From: Ascoidea asiatica JCM 7603
Lineage: Eukaryota; Fungi; Ascomycota
Assembly (NCBI GenBank): GCA_001600695.1
Contig: BCKQ01000003.1
Coordinates: 1,941,351 to 2,005,350 of the forward strand
Direction: 5' to 3'
Length of the DNA stretch: 64,000 bases
Part shown: one piece after another, positions 46,601-59,904 of the stretch
How positions within the stretch are numbered: position 1 is the first letter of the stretch
Layout of the letters: every line of letters starts with the position of its first letter
Notes under the pieces: model-generated
What the model was told of the DNA's origin: nothing
Databases searched by the model: none
The model's input: the letters and a program-made list of their open reading frames with translations, nothing else
Position numbers and translations under genes: made by a program

Positions 46601-47242
46601 TTATGATGAAGGGGAATCAGATTTATTTAGAACTACGCAGAGAACTAGATCATCAGCATCATTTGGAATTATTATTATTTCCTTTGATTCATCATAATTC
46701 ATTCGCAATAGTTGCAAATCATTATTCTTGATATTATCACTATTATCATCATTGGAATATGATGTGGTTGTAGAAGAACTACTTGGAGTTGAATCCATGA
46801 TAGACTGAGACTCTTTTGCTAACTGTTTGTATCTTTTGAGTATCTGCAAACAATTTTTCGCTATTTTGTAAGCCTGGATGAGTTCAATTGGTTTAGCAGA
46901 AGAAGAGGCAGAAGCAGAGTAAGCACCAATACCAGCACTGGGCGTTGTCGGCGTCAAAGGAATTGCAGAAGAAGCAGCAGGGCCTCTGGGCTCTGTGGAG
47001 TCTGTGGAGTCTCTGGGCTCTTTTAAAGAAGCAGCGTAGTTCAAGTTGGAGTTTGCCCAGGCGTAGAGGACAGTGCCCTGGCAGTTGAACGTGAGACACA
47101 AATAGTCTCTGCAGTAGTTGAGGATGCTGGAGCTGATGACAGAGGTCAAGTCGCTGCTGATCCCAGAAAGCACTGCCGCCGAGGGAAAGGGAGCATAGTA
47201 CACAGGGGGCTTGTTGCTGGTGGTCTGAGGGGCGTCTTCCAT
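46601..47242 (-). CDS. Uncharacterised protein, possible Roadblock/LC7 fold
   Basis: ATG-started 213-aa ORF. DLQLLRMNYDESKEIIIIPN..DLVLCVV resembles the dynein light chain Roadblock C-terminus. Confidence 0.55.
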   Translation of the reverse strand: MEDAPQTTSNKPPVYYAPFPSAAVLSGISSDLTSVISSSILNYCRDYLCLTFNCQGTVLYAWANSNLNYAASLKEPRDSTDSTEPRGPAASSAIPLTPTTPSAGIGAYSASASSSAKPIELIQAYKIAKNCLQILKRYKQLAKESQSIMDSTPSSSSTTTSYSNDDNSDNIKNNDLQLLRMNYDESKEIIIIPNDADDLVLCVVLNKSDSPSS

Positions 47243-47762
47243 TGTGGCTGTTGAGGGTGAAGGTGCAAGAATCCAATTCAGTTCAGTTCAGTTCTATTCC
47301 TTTTACTTCTCTTGTTGCTGTTGCTGTTGCTGTTCTTGTTCTTCTTCTGCTCTCTCTTTTTTCTTTTCTTTCCAACCACAAAAAGCTCTTGGTGTTTTCC
47401 TGCGGTTTACCCGTGGCCGTGGATACTTGTGTTCCTGCTCTCCGGATATCCTGGCATCCGTGTGTGTTCCAGTGCTTGTTCTCTGCTTATCAATTCCTGT
47501 CTCAGAAATACCCCAAATTGATCGATTAACTGACTGATTTACCTCTACAGTGCAGGTAGCGAGCGATAAAAGATAAAAACAATGGTTAGCTTGAACAGTC
47601 TCCTAATGAATTTACTCCAGATTATCCCAGATTTAACTAAACATAATTACAGTGGCAATACTAAACATAACTGCAATTATACATCTTGATTGATAAAACT
47701 TATTTCAGGGATATGAAATAATCTTTTGCAATTCTCAATTTCGAAAACTTTGGGAAAAAGAA

Positions 47763-48561
47763 ATGAGTTCCGATAACCAATACGATAATAACAATAACAA
47801 CAATATCAACAATAATAATAATAATGATAATAATGATAGAAAAAAAACTATAGTTTATTTAAGATTTCCTTTTGAAAGAAATGGTTTTATTGATCCTCCT
47901 TCTATTGAAAATTGGTCAATTGAAAAACAAGAAAAACTTTGGAAATTGTTAAATAATAATAGTAATAGTAACAATAATAATAATAGTAATAATAATAATC
48001 AACTCAATTTTATTCAATGGAATGATTTATCTTTAAAATTTAATGTTCCTATAACCTTTCTTAAGAAAATGGCTTTATTTTTATATACTCAAAAAATGAA
48101 TAATTTAAAAAATCAATTAATTATTCAACATACATTATCCAATAATATCAATAATCAATTCAATGATAATAATCAATTCAATGATAATAATCAATTCAGC
48201 GATGAAAATAATGAAAATAATGAAAATAATGATGATTCAATTACAAAAAATACTTTAAACTTATTTAAAGTTCAATCTGTAAATGAAAATATTATTCATA
48301 ATCATAATAATAATCAAAATAATATGAACAAAATCAAAACTACTCAATTAAATTCGGGTTTTACAAACTCAATTATTAATCAAAATAATAATATATTATT
48401 ACCTTCTCCACTTTCTTCTTCTTTATTATCAACTTCTTATTTATCTTCTTCTCTTAATTTAAATACTTTAAATACAAACAATCTCAATAAAAATAACGAT
48501 AATAAAAATATCAATAATAATATTCTTTACTCTTCAAAAATTCTATCAAGTAAATTACCCA

Positions 48562-48614
<53 letters not shown>

Positions 48615-49226
48615 GAAGATGGTGAAATTGATAATGATCACCATTATGATAACAAAGATAATAATCAAAGTTATATGAATGATGAATTAAATAATACAAA
48701 TATAAATATAAATACAAATACTAAAAATATTTCTGATTTGGATTATGATCCAAACTCTAACTCCCATTTCAATAAAAATTACAAGACTTTTGATAATTAT
48801 GATAATTATGATAATTATGATAATTACTTATCTAAACAACAAAGGATAAAAAATTCTTATTCAAATAATAATAATTATATTCAAGAAAATACAAATAATC
48901 AATTTTTAAATTATAAAAGTAAATCTGCAATTAATCCAATTATAAAATTTCAATCAAATATTTCAAATAGAAAAAAATTAAAATTAGATCAAAAAAATAT
49001 GAAAAATAATATAAATTTAATAAATGCTTTAATGAAAAATATTAATTTATCTTCAAATAATTCAAATATAAATACAACAAATACTACAAATACTACAAAT
49101 ACTACAAATACAACTACAAATACAACTGAATCAAGTTCATATAGTGATTTAAGTTCAATAAGTATAAGTAAAAGTGCTTTAGAAGAAGCTCTTTTAGATA
49201 ATATAAATAATAGTAATTTTAGATAA
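47763..49226 (+). CDS. ATG29: Autophagy protein Atg29, Asn/Asp-expanded
   Basis: VYLRFPFERNGFIDPP..W...LWK, WNDLSLKFNVP..FL, C-terminal SSYSDLSSISISKSALEEALL. Confidence 0.88.
48567..48611 (+). repeat. (GAT)15 microsatellite encoding poly-Asp in ATG29
   Basis: Read directly. Confidence 0.9.
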
Positions 49227-50186
49227 ATTCAATTCTTTTAATGATTTTTTATGTATTATATTAATTAAGTGTATATATATGTTTATATGTATATATGTAT
49301 AATTTTGATTTGATGATTAAAAATGAATAGTAAAACAATAACAAAGTTGAAATGATTATGTAATAAAAAAAACAAAATATAATTATATACATAATCTATA
49401 CTTTTTATATTACAAGAGAAATGAAAAAAAGTTACCAATGTTTAAAGAAATCTAAATCTTTTTCTATAATTAAAACTTCATTATTTCATTCTTTGAAATT
49501 TAAATGAAAAATGAAGAAAAATATCAATACAATAAAAACTTTTTTTTCTTCTTTTAATTTTTTTTTTTTTAATTTTTTTAAATTTTTTTTTTTTTCATCT
49601 CTTGTAAAATAAACAGAGCCTTAGAATAATCTCAACATTAAAACAACAAAAAGAATTAAAAACATAAATAATGATTTGGAATTGAGCCATATAACATTTA
49701 ACAAAAACACTTGAACAAAAATAAGTTAAAAAAAATAAGAAATTTTGATAAAATCAAATGAACAATAAAAATAAGAAGCAAAAATAAAACAATTATATAA
49801 AAAAAATTTTTAATGAAACACCTAAAAACACAAAAAAGCAGAAAACAATGAATAGAAAATACTTGATAAAAGTTAAGATGATGTAAAAGCAAAAACTTAA
49901 CCAATAGCTTAATGTAATGAATCTATAATGATTCAAATTTGAAAATAAATAAAAAAGTATAAAAAACAAATAACAGGAATAAATGTTTAATGTTTGATAT
50001 TATTTGATTAGATTTTTGAAATATTTTTTTTTTATAAATATTATTATATTATAATTTTATATTTTATTTTGAAGAAAAATTTTTTTCTTAATTTCTTTAA
50101 ATTTTTTTATTTTTTATCAGTTTTTTCTTATTCTTTTAATTCATTATTTTGGACTTAAAGAAGGTATAACAATATAATAATACTAT

Positions 50187-52226
<2,040 letters not shown>

Positions 52227-52722
52227 TTAAAAGTCTTTTGATTTAAGAATATTTATTTAAAAATTGATTTGAAAATTGATTTGAATAATTATTTAAAATT
52301 TTAAAATTTTATATATTAAAGTAAGAATTTGAATATATAAAAAAAATTAGTTATTGAAAGTAATTAATGTATTTAATTATTAACTATTTATTTATTTAAT
52401 TAATTAATTGATAAGTTAATTATATATAATAAAAATATATATGATTATTGTTATTATTATTGTTATTTTTTTTTAGTTTTATTTATTTATAAATACTATT
52501 TAGGATTTATTAGTAATATTATAAAGTAGAAATAATAAGTAAATTTTGAGTGAAGTTTTTTTTTTAATATTTCTTTTTTGAATAAAAAAAATTCACTTGA
52601 ATTTCCGTAGAGTACGGTGGTGGTGGATGGGAATTCCATAAAATTATCAGGACTATTGTCAGAAACGAATAAAATGAAATTTTTCTTTCAGTCGTCACCG
52701 TTACGCCTAAAGATAAGGCGGG

Positions 52723-52730
52723 TTACCCGG
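52723..52730. promoter_or_regulatory. Reb1-type site upstream of DED1
   Basis: TTACCCGG. The same motif recurs in other promoters at 3405, 8507, 37764 and 47407. Confidence 0.55.
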
Positions 52731-53364
52731 GCTTGCAGCAGCAGAGGACGCGGGTGAAGCCAGCGTTGTCCGGAAACCAGATCACTGGGTCGGGCAGTGA
52801 AATAGGGGACTGTTCCATTGGCAAAGCACCAATCAGGTGGTGCGCATAGCTCCATAATCGAGATGGAATAGGGATGGGTCAAAGATTGCAGAGCAGGAGA
52901 AAAGTAGAAGTGTCTACTTTACACGGGGATAACTCCTTGGGACCGCTAACGCCAGAGCGTTGCGGCTGCCGAGCGCTGCGGGCACAGATCACTGCCACAG
53001 CGCAAAGAAACGAAAGGAACAAAAGGAACAAAAAACAAAAGCACCAGAGAAAAGCAAACAGAACCAGAAATGAGGATGGGTTTATAGAGCACGTGCTTTA
53101 AGACGCTGCAAGAAAAGTCACTGGTCAGGTGATTATAATCAATTGATAACTAGATAACTAATTACTTTAATAAATGAATTAATTAATTTATTGGGTCAAA
53201 AAATTGATTTATATAAAAAAACTATTAAACATTGAGAAATGATGATGTATGACTTGTACTAGTTATTTAATAATATTTACAAGAACTTTGAAGTGCATTT
53301 TCACTTCTTCTTTAAGCAGACTTGAGACTTCTGTCCAAATGCAAAAATACTTTTTTTTCTTTCA

Positions 53365-53790
53365 TTATACCTTGGTTTGATCTGTTCCAGCAGTGGCTGA
53401 TGAAGCTACTTCAGCTGTTTGTGTAACACCGGTCAAAGGCTGTATTGCCTCATACTGTTTCCTAAGCTTTATCTGTTCCAAGTGTTCTGCTTCATTCAAT
53501 CTTTTCTTTCTTTCTTTGGCTTCTAATTTCTCTTTCACTCTTTGTGCATCTTTAATTGGGCCTTGATGTAATGACTATCGATACTGATTTTAAAATGCGG
53601 TTGAATAACCCATAAATGATACTTTAGTTAGTAAATGATCAAAAACATCAATCCATTTCTAATTTAATATACTCTTCTCTTGATAGGAACATACCTCTTG
53701 CTCAAGTTTTTGGACTTTATGAACAACCCCAATTGTGGCAATTGATAACAAACAAGTCAATCCGAACGTTATTCTTGAAGCCCTCGACAT
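53365..53790 (-). CDS. PET117: Cytochrome c oxidase assembly factor Pet117, 2 exons (53790-53695, 53574-53365), 101 aa; not in the ORF track
   Basis: MSRASRITFGLTCLLSIATIGVVHKVQKLEQE|SLHQGPIKDAQRV...NEAEHLEQIKLRKQYEAIQPLTG matches yeast Pet117 as recalled. Confidence 0.93.
53575..53694 (-). other. Spliceosomal intron (120 nt) of PET117
   Basis: GTATGT at 53694, TACTAAC at 53633-53627, TAG at 53577-53575. Confidence 0.88.
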
Positions 53791-54697
53791 TTATTTATTT
53801 TACCGTAGTAAGGTATTTCTTTGTGGATTGTATTTTCTTTTACTATTTATATTAATATTATTATATTGATTTCAATTGTCCCACTTTAGTCACTTCAACA
53901 AATACTCAATTTACAGTAAGGTCTATTATTCATTTCTATTTCCATTTTCCAAATTCAATCTCCTCCAGATCTTAAACCCCGAGACACGTGCAACAGCATA
54001 CTTAATTTAACTTGTGGCGTTGTGGCTGTACAGTGGCACTGCACCATAATCCTGCTCATTCAAGATTAAGTACCCCGGATTTCCTTAGTTTCCTTTTTCT
54101 TTTTCTTATTTCTGATCTTTTTTATATTTTTTTGAAGTATTTTCTATATTCAAATGTCAAAAGAAATATTCGAGATACACAAAATAAACTCAAGAAGCAT
54201 CTGATAACCAGTTTATAATGAATTAATAATCAATTAATAACCAATCAATAACAAACTGATAACCTTTTTATAAGCATCTGATAAACATGTTCTGTCTTTA
54301 ATAAACTTCATATCACAGGTTCACAAATCTTTATTCATCTGAAAGCTATCAATGTTTTCCATTTTTCCATCTTTTTTTTTTCTCCTTCTTTGAAATCATA
54401 TTTTTATTATATGATTTCTTTATGGAAATAGGGAAGTAAGGAAGTATTATAAAATGACTATTTTTTATAAATAATCATTCATATCTTCAATTGCGCTTTC
54501 TCCATTTCTTACAATTCATATTTAACTTCTCAATTCCCCTTCAATTTTATTCAATTCAATTTACATCTTCTAATAATATAAACTACTATTAATTATTATA
54601 TATATTTCTTATTTTTGATATATATATATATATATGTATCATTTAAATCATTTAAAATATAATATTCATTCAATTAATTAGTCTTCTTATTAGAAAA

Positions 54698-56353
54698 ATG
54701 CCATTTACAAAAATTGATTTAAATCAAGAAGAAAATAATTTCAATAATCAAATTAATGAAATTGAAAAATGGTGGTCTGAACCACGTTGGAATCAAACAA
54801 AAAGAATTTATAATGCAAAAGATATTGCTTTAAAAAGAGGTAATTTAAAAATCAATTATCCTTCTTCAATTCAATCAAAAAAATTATTTAATTTATTATC
54901 AAATCATTTTAAAAATAAATCTGCTTCTTTTACTTTCGGCGCTTTAGATCCAATTCATATAACTCAAATGTCAAAATATCTTGATACAATTTATATTTCT
55001 GGTTGGCAATGTTCTTCAACTGCTTCTACTTCAAATGAACCAAGTCCAGATTTAGCTGATTATCCAATGGATACTGTTCCAAATAAAGTTCAACATTTAT
55101 TTTTTGCTCAATTATTTCATGATCGAAAACAAAGAGAAGAAAGATTAAATTTATCAAAAAATAATAGATCAAATTTAAATTATATTGATTTTTTAAGACC
55201 AATAATTGCTGATGCTGATACTGGTCATGGTGGTATAACTGCAATTATAAAATTAACTAAATTATTTATTGAAAGAGGTGCTGCTGGTATTCATATTGAA
55301 GATCAAGCTCCTGGTACTAAAAAATGTGGTCATATGGCTGGTAAAGTTTTAGTACCAATTCAAGAACATATTAATAGATTAGTTGCAATTAGAGCTTCGG
55401 CTGATATTATGTATTCAGATTTATTATGTATTGCAAGAACTGATTCTGAAGCTGCAACTTTATTAACTTCAACAATTGATCATAGAGATCATTATTTTAT
55501 TCAAGGTTCAACTAATCCAAATATTCAAGATTTATCTTTTATTTTATTTCAAGCTGAAAAAAATGGTAAAAATGGTGATGAATTATCTAATATTGAAAAT
55601 GATTGGCTTAAAAATGCAGATGTTAAATTATTTCATGAACTTGTTATTGATGAAATTAATTCTGGTTCTTATTCAAATAAATCTTCTTTAATTAATCAAT
55701 TTACTTCAAAAGTTAATCCCACAAGTTGTACTTCAAATAAAGAAGCAAGAGCTTTAGCTAAAAAATTATTAGGTAAAGATTTATATTTTAATTGGGATGC
55801 TCCAAGAGTCAGAGAAGGTTATTATCGTTATAAAGGTGGTACTCAATGTGCTGTTAATCGTGCAAGAGCTTTTGCTCCATATGCTGATTTAATTTGGATG
55901 GAGTCAAGATTACCTGATTATTCTCAAGCTGAAGAATTTGCAAATGGTGTTAAAGAAAAATATCCAAATCAATGGTTAGCTTATAATTTATCTCCTTCTT
56001 TTAATTGGAATAAAGCTATGAAATCAGAAGATCAAGAAACTTTTATTAATAGATTAGCAAAACTTGGTTACGTTTGGCAATTTATTACTTTAGCAGGTTT
56101 ACATGTTACTGCTTTAGCAATTGATAATTTCTCAAGAGATTATTCAAAAATTGGTATGAAAGCTTATGGTCAAAATGTACAAGCTCCGGAAATTGAAAAT
56201 AATATTGAAGTTGTTAAGCATCAAAAATGGTCTGGTGCTGAATATATTGATAATTTATTAAAAATGGTAACTGGTGGAGTTTCTTCAACTGCTGCTATGG
56301 GAAAAGGTGTTACAGAAGATCAATTTAAAGGTCCTGAATCTAGTAAACTATAA
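54698..56353 (+). CDS. ICL1: Isocitrate lyase with C-terminal PTS1 (SKL)
   Basis: KKCGHMAGK active site, [23 protein letters not shown]; ends PESSKL. Confidence 0.97.
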   Translation: MPFTKIDLNQEENNFNNQINEIEKWWSEPRWNQTKRIYNAKDIALKRGNLKINYPSSIQSKKLFNLLSNHFKNKSASFTFGALDPIHITQMSKYLDTIYISGWQCSSTASTSNEPSPDLADYPMDTVPNKVQHLFFAQLFHDRKQREERLNLSKNNRSNLNYIDFLRPIIADADTGHGGITAIIKLTKLFIERGAAGIHIEDQAPGTKKCGHMAGKVLVPIQEHINRLVAIRASADIMYSDLLCIARTDSEAATLLTSTIDHRDHYFIQGSTNPNIQDLSFILFQAEKNGKNGDELSNIENDWLKNADVKLFHELVIDEINSGSYSNKSSLINQFTSKVNPTSCTSNKEARALAKKLLGKDLYFNWDAPRVREGYYRYKGGTQCAVNRARAFAPYADLIWMESRLPDYSQAEEFANGVKEKYPNQWLAYNLSPSFNWNKAMKSEDQETFINRLAKLGYVWQFITLAGLHVTALAIDNFSRDYSKIGMKAYGQNVQAPEIENNIEVVKHQKWSGAEYIDNLLKMVTGGVSSTAAMGKGVTEDQFKGPESSKL

Positions 56354-56574
56354 GATATATACATTATATTATTTTGTCTTTTTCTCTATTATTAAACTTT
56401 TCAAACTTCTTTATTTTGTAAGAAATTAAAATAATATTCTTCTCATTAAATCCAACCCTTTAAAGTTTCTAATTATCTTTGTAATTTTTTGATATAATAC
56501 ATTAGTTTTTGAAATTTGAAAATAATCCAATATCTATTCATAAAAATAATTATAATATACTGAACTATTTTTTT

Positions 56575-59325
56575 TTATACTTTTGGAAATTTTAACGTTC
56601 CTATTTTTTTGATTTTAGAAATGTTTCCTGATTTGAAGACTGAATTACTTTTTGTATATGCTGAATTACTTTTTTTTCCTTCTGTTTTCCTTAATAACTG
56701 AGAAGCACTAATTATTGAAAAACCTGAATTAATTTTACTAGAAGTACCCGAATTGAAATTATTTTTGTTCGTTTTACTTTTTTTATCTGATGTTGTCATT
56801 CCCATTTTTTTCATTAGTTGAGAAGCTGTTATTATTGAAGAATTACTTTCTGAAACTGAATTCATACTCCTTTTTTGAACAGAAAAATGATCATTCAGCG
56901 ATGATGGATTTGAAAAAGTTAGATCTGATCTGGGTGAGTTTATAAGCATTCCATTTTTATAGAAAATTGGAAAATGATGACTTCTAGAAGCTAATTGATA
57001 ATCTTTTAAAAACTGGTTTAATTCTTGTTTTTGAGGAAGTTGAGTTTTTAATAAATCACAAAGAAATCTGAAAGACTTAATATCCTTAAAAGCTGATTGA
57101 TTTTCTGCAGTTTTTGAAATCACATCATGTGTCAAAAACCTTGAGATATCAACATCTTGTGAACCTCGTTGAAGATAAGCAGTCAAATAAAGTAGAAGTT
57201 TTGATCTTGTAGTGGCGACATATAAAATTCTTCTCTCTTCATTTAATTGTTCATCAGCATTAATAGAAAACATTGATGGAATATTATTCTCATTACAAGA
57301 AGGAACAAAAACTATGGGCCATTCAAGACCTTTTGAAGCATGTATAGTTGATATTGAAACCTTTCCTTTCTCATTTATAATTTCATTTCCTTTCTCAGAT
57401 TCTTCTAGTTTAGATACATTATATAAATCGATCGATTCTAAGAATTTAGCAAGGGTTTCAGCTTCGGAAAACATATCTGGTGTCTTCAGTTCTGGGAAAT
57501 TGGCTTCATTTTCATCATCTACCAAAGGTAAAAAATCATCTTGAGGCTCAAATTCATTTAATTGAGATTTAACTTCCATAACATTCAAATGTCTCTCTAA
57601 TTCTTTTTCATATAAAGCTTTCAACCCACTATCTGTATAAAGCTTTTCAAATAGTAATTCTAGATTTTTCACAACTTTTTTATTTTTATTGGTTTTTTTA
57701 AGTTTATTAGTATCTGCTTGAAAATCTATTAACATTTTCTTTGTAGACTCTATAAGATCAAAATACATCCTAACACTTTTTGATAGTCTAGAGGTTACCT
57801 TGAAAGATTTAATTGGCTTCTTAAAAGCAATATCTTCAATACATTTCCAAGGAGAATCATATTTAGACATTAGTTCCGATATATGTTTTATGCTTGTCAT
57901 GCCAATACCTCTTAACGGATAATTCAAAGTTCTAATAATAGCAAGGTAATCATCTGTAGAGCTTACAACTCTTAAATAATCTATAATTGCTACAACCTCT
58001 TTTCTTTCCCAAAAAGCCCTTCCCTTTATAAGTTCATAAGGAATTTTTCTAGAAGAAAGAGCATTTTCAATAACTCTAGATTGATATGAACTTCTAAGTA
58101 ATATTGAAATATTATTGTAAGAAAATAAATTTTTTTTTCTAGAAGGATTTTCCTTTTGAGGAGTATCGGCTTTTAAAGAGGTTAAATAAAGAATTTCATT
58201 TCCAATATATTCTGATTCAGCTTCTGGAGTTAATAATTGTCTAAAAACAGGAGGAAAACTATGAGGAAGTTTTGATTGTAATGATTTGGAGTCCCTTTCA
58301 GTTTCTTGAGACATAAGCGATTCACTTATTTGAAGAATAGCAGAAGTTGATCTATAATTTTCATTTAAATAAATTATTTTACAATCTTTGAATTTTTCTT
58401 TCATTGAGTAAAAATTTTTAGAGAGAGCATCCCTGAAAGCATAAATACTTTGATCAGGATCTCCAACAACAGTAATATTTTGAGAAGATTTACAAAAACC
58501 TTGAATTAATTTTAACTGAATTGAGTTTGTATCCTGAAATTCATCAACAAGAACATGCTTAATATATTTCAAAAGCGTTGGATTTTTTGTTAATAATATA
58601 TTTGTTTGTAATAATAAATCATCAAAATCAAGAAAATTAAGATGTTTCAATTTTTGTTGATAATATTGATATATAAGAAAAAATTCTTTATTATCATATG
58701 TAGAAAAATAATCATCAGGATACAACCCATAAGATTTACATTTAGAGATCATTCTTCTTACTTTCTTAACATCATATAAGTTATTTTGTTTTTCACCATC
58801 ATTTTTTTCAGTGGTATATAAATCGATTAACTCAAATTGAGATTTTTTTTTATTTTTTGTATTATTCTTTGAAGAAAGCCTAGATTTTTTATTTTTTAAA
58901 ATCTTTGCTTGAATTCGAGCTTGATTTAAGTCATCAGGGAGATTATCAAATAATTCTTTCAACATTTGATTAGCATCTCTTTCATCGGCTATTTTAAAAT
59001 TGTTTGGAATGTTTGAAAAGTTAATATATTTTCTTAAAAGTTTACAACATATACTATGAAAAGTTCCAATAATCAATCCTTTTGTATCAAAATCTTTTAA
59101 TCTATTGATCATTTCATTCGAAGCTTTTTTTGTAAATGTAGCTACAATTATTTCATGAGGTTTCAACCCATTTGATAAAAGATATGCAACTCTTGATGTT
59201 AAAACTTTCGTTTTACCAGTTCCAGGACCTGCAACAATTTGCAATTGAGAATCTCTGGGGAAAATCACAGCTTTTTTTTGATTTTCATTTAAACCATCAA
59301 GAATACTTTGAGTTGAAACACCCAT
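56575..59325 (-). CDS. SRS2: UvrD-like 3'-5' DNA helicase / anti-recombinase
   Basis: AGPGTGKT, TFTKKA, LVDEFQD, VGDPDQSIYAFR, ENYRS, STIHASKGLEW, EERRILYVATTR. Confidence 0.88.
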   Translation of the reverse strand: MGVSTQSILDGLNENQKKAVIFPRDSQLQIVAGPGTGKTKVLTSRVAYLLSNGLKPHEIIVATFTKKASNEMINRLKDFDTKGLIIGTFHSICCKLLRKYINFSNIPNNFKIADERDANQMLKELFDNLPDDLNQARIQAKILKNKKSRLSSKNNTKNKKKSQFELIDLYTTEKNDGEKQNNLYDVKKVRRMISKCKSYGLYPDDYFSTYDNKEFFLIYQYYQQKLKHLNFLDFDDLLLQTNILLTKNPTLLKYIKHVLVDEFQDTNSIQLKLIQGFCKSSQNITVVGDPDQSIYAFRDALSKNFYSMKEKFKDCKIIYLNENYRSTSAILQISESLMSQETERDSKSLQSKLPHSFPPVFRQLLTPEAESEYIGNEILYLTSLKADTPQKENPSRKKNLFSYNNISILLRSSYQSRVIENALSSRKIPYELIKGRAFWERKEVVAIIDYLRVVSSTDDYLAIIRTLNYPLRGIGMTSIKHISELMSKYDSPWKCIEDIAFKKPIKSFKVTSRLSKSVRMYFDLIESTKKMLIDFQADTNKLKKTNKNKKVVKNLELLFEKLYTDSGLKALYEKELERHLNVMEVKSQLNEFEPQDDFLPLVDDENEANFPELKTPDMFSEAETLAKFLESIDLYNVSKLEESEKGNEIINEKGKVSISTIHASKGLEWPIVFVPSCNENNIPSMFSINADEQLNEERRILYVATTRSKLLLYLTAYLQRGSQDVDISRFLTHDVISKTAENQSAFKDIKSFRFLCDLLKTQLPQKQELNQFLKDYQLASRSHHFPIFYKNGMLINSPRSDLTFSNPSSLNDHFSVQKRSMNSVSESNSSIITASQLMKKMGMTTSDKKSKTNKNNFNSGTSSKINSGFSIISASQLLRKTEGKKSNSAYTKSNSVFKSGNISKIKKIGTLKFPKV

Positions 59326-59904
59326 TGAAGTTTTATTTATATTTATTTCTTCTGTTTTTTATAATAATGTTTCAATTGAGAAATATGCCAAACATTAGTT
59401 GAATAAGTATTCAATCAGCTTTATTTTTAAAAAGAAAGTCTATTTATCGTGGATTGACTGATTTGTTTACATTCAAACTTAAAGTCCAATAAAGTAAAAA
59501 CCAAACAAAAAAGGAACCGTTATTTTGGCTTCAGTTTTTGTGTTTTTGAAATAAATCGAGGGTTAAGCAGAAGAGACCTCTCTGTAAACCTCTTTCACAG
59601 ACCCCGATTGTAAAGAGTGCTCTCAGTTTTTTAATTTCAAAGGTTCTTTTTCTCTGAAGTTAGTCGTCAAACAGCAGATTACTGAAGATTAATCATTGAT
59701 CTATGGAGGATTGAGCAGTATCAGCTTGAATGAATTGAAAAATACATTCAAATAACTTTGCCTAGATAGCAAAGGCTACAGAAAGCTAATTTTATACTGA
59801 AATACTTGGTGACTAATAGAACTAACATTGAATAGTGATTATTTAACTGAAATTTTCATATTTTATTAATTTATTATTATATATAAAGTAAAATAATGAA
59901 TAAC

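Noticed and set aside
47242-47537. Three overlapping plus-strand ORFs including a poly-Cys one
   Set aside because: Arise from a (TGTTGC)n microsatellite in a divergent promoter; non-ATG starts.
52600-53130. Structured ncRNA (RNase P/MRP, SRP, snRNA, telomerase) in the DED1 upstream island
   Set aside because: No conserved boxes recognised by eye, and it carries promoter motifs. An Rfam search is needed to exclude this fully.
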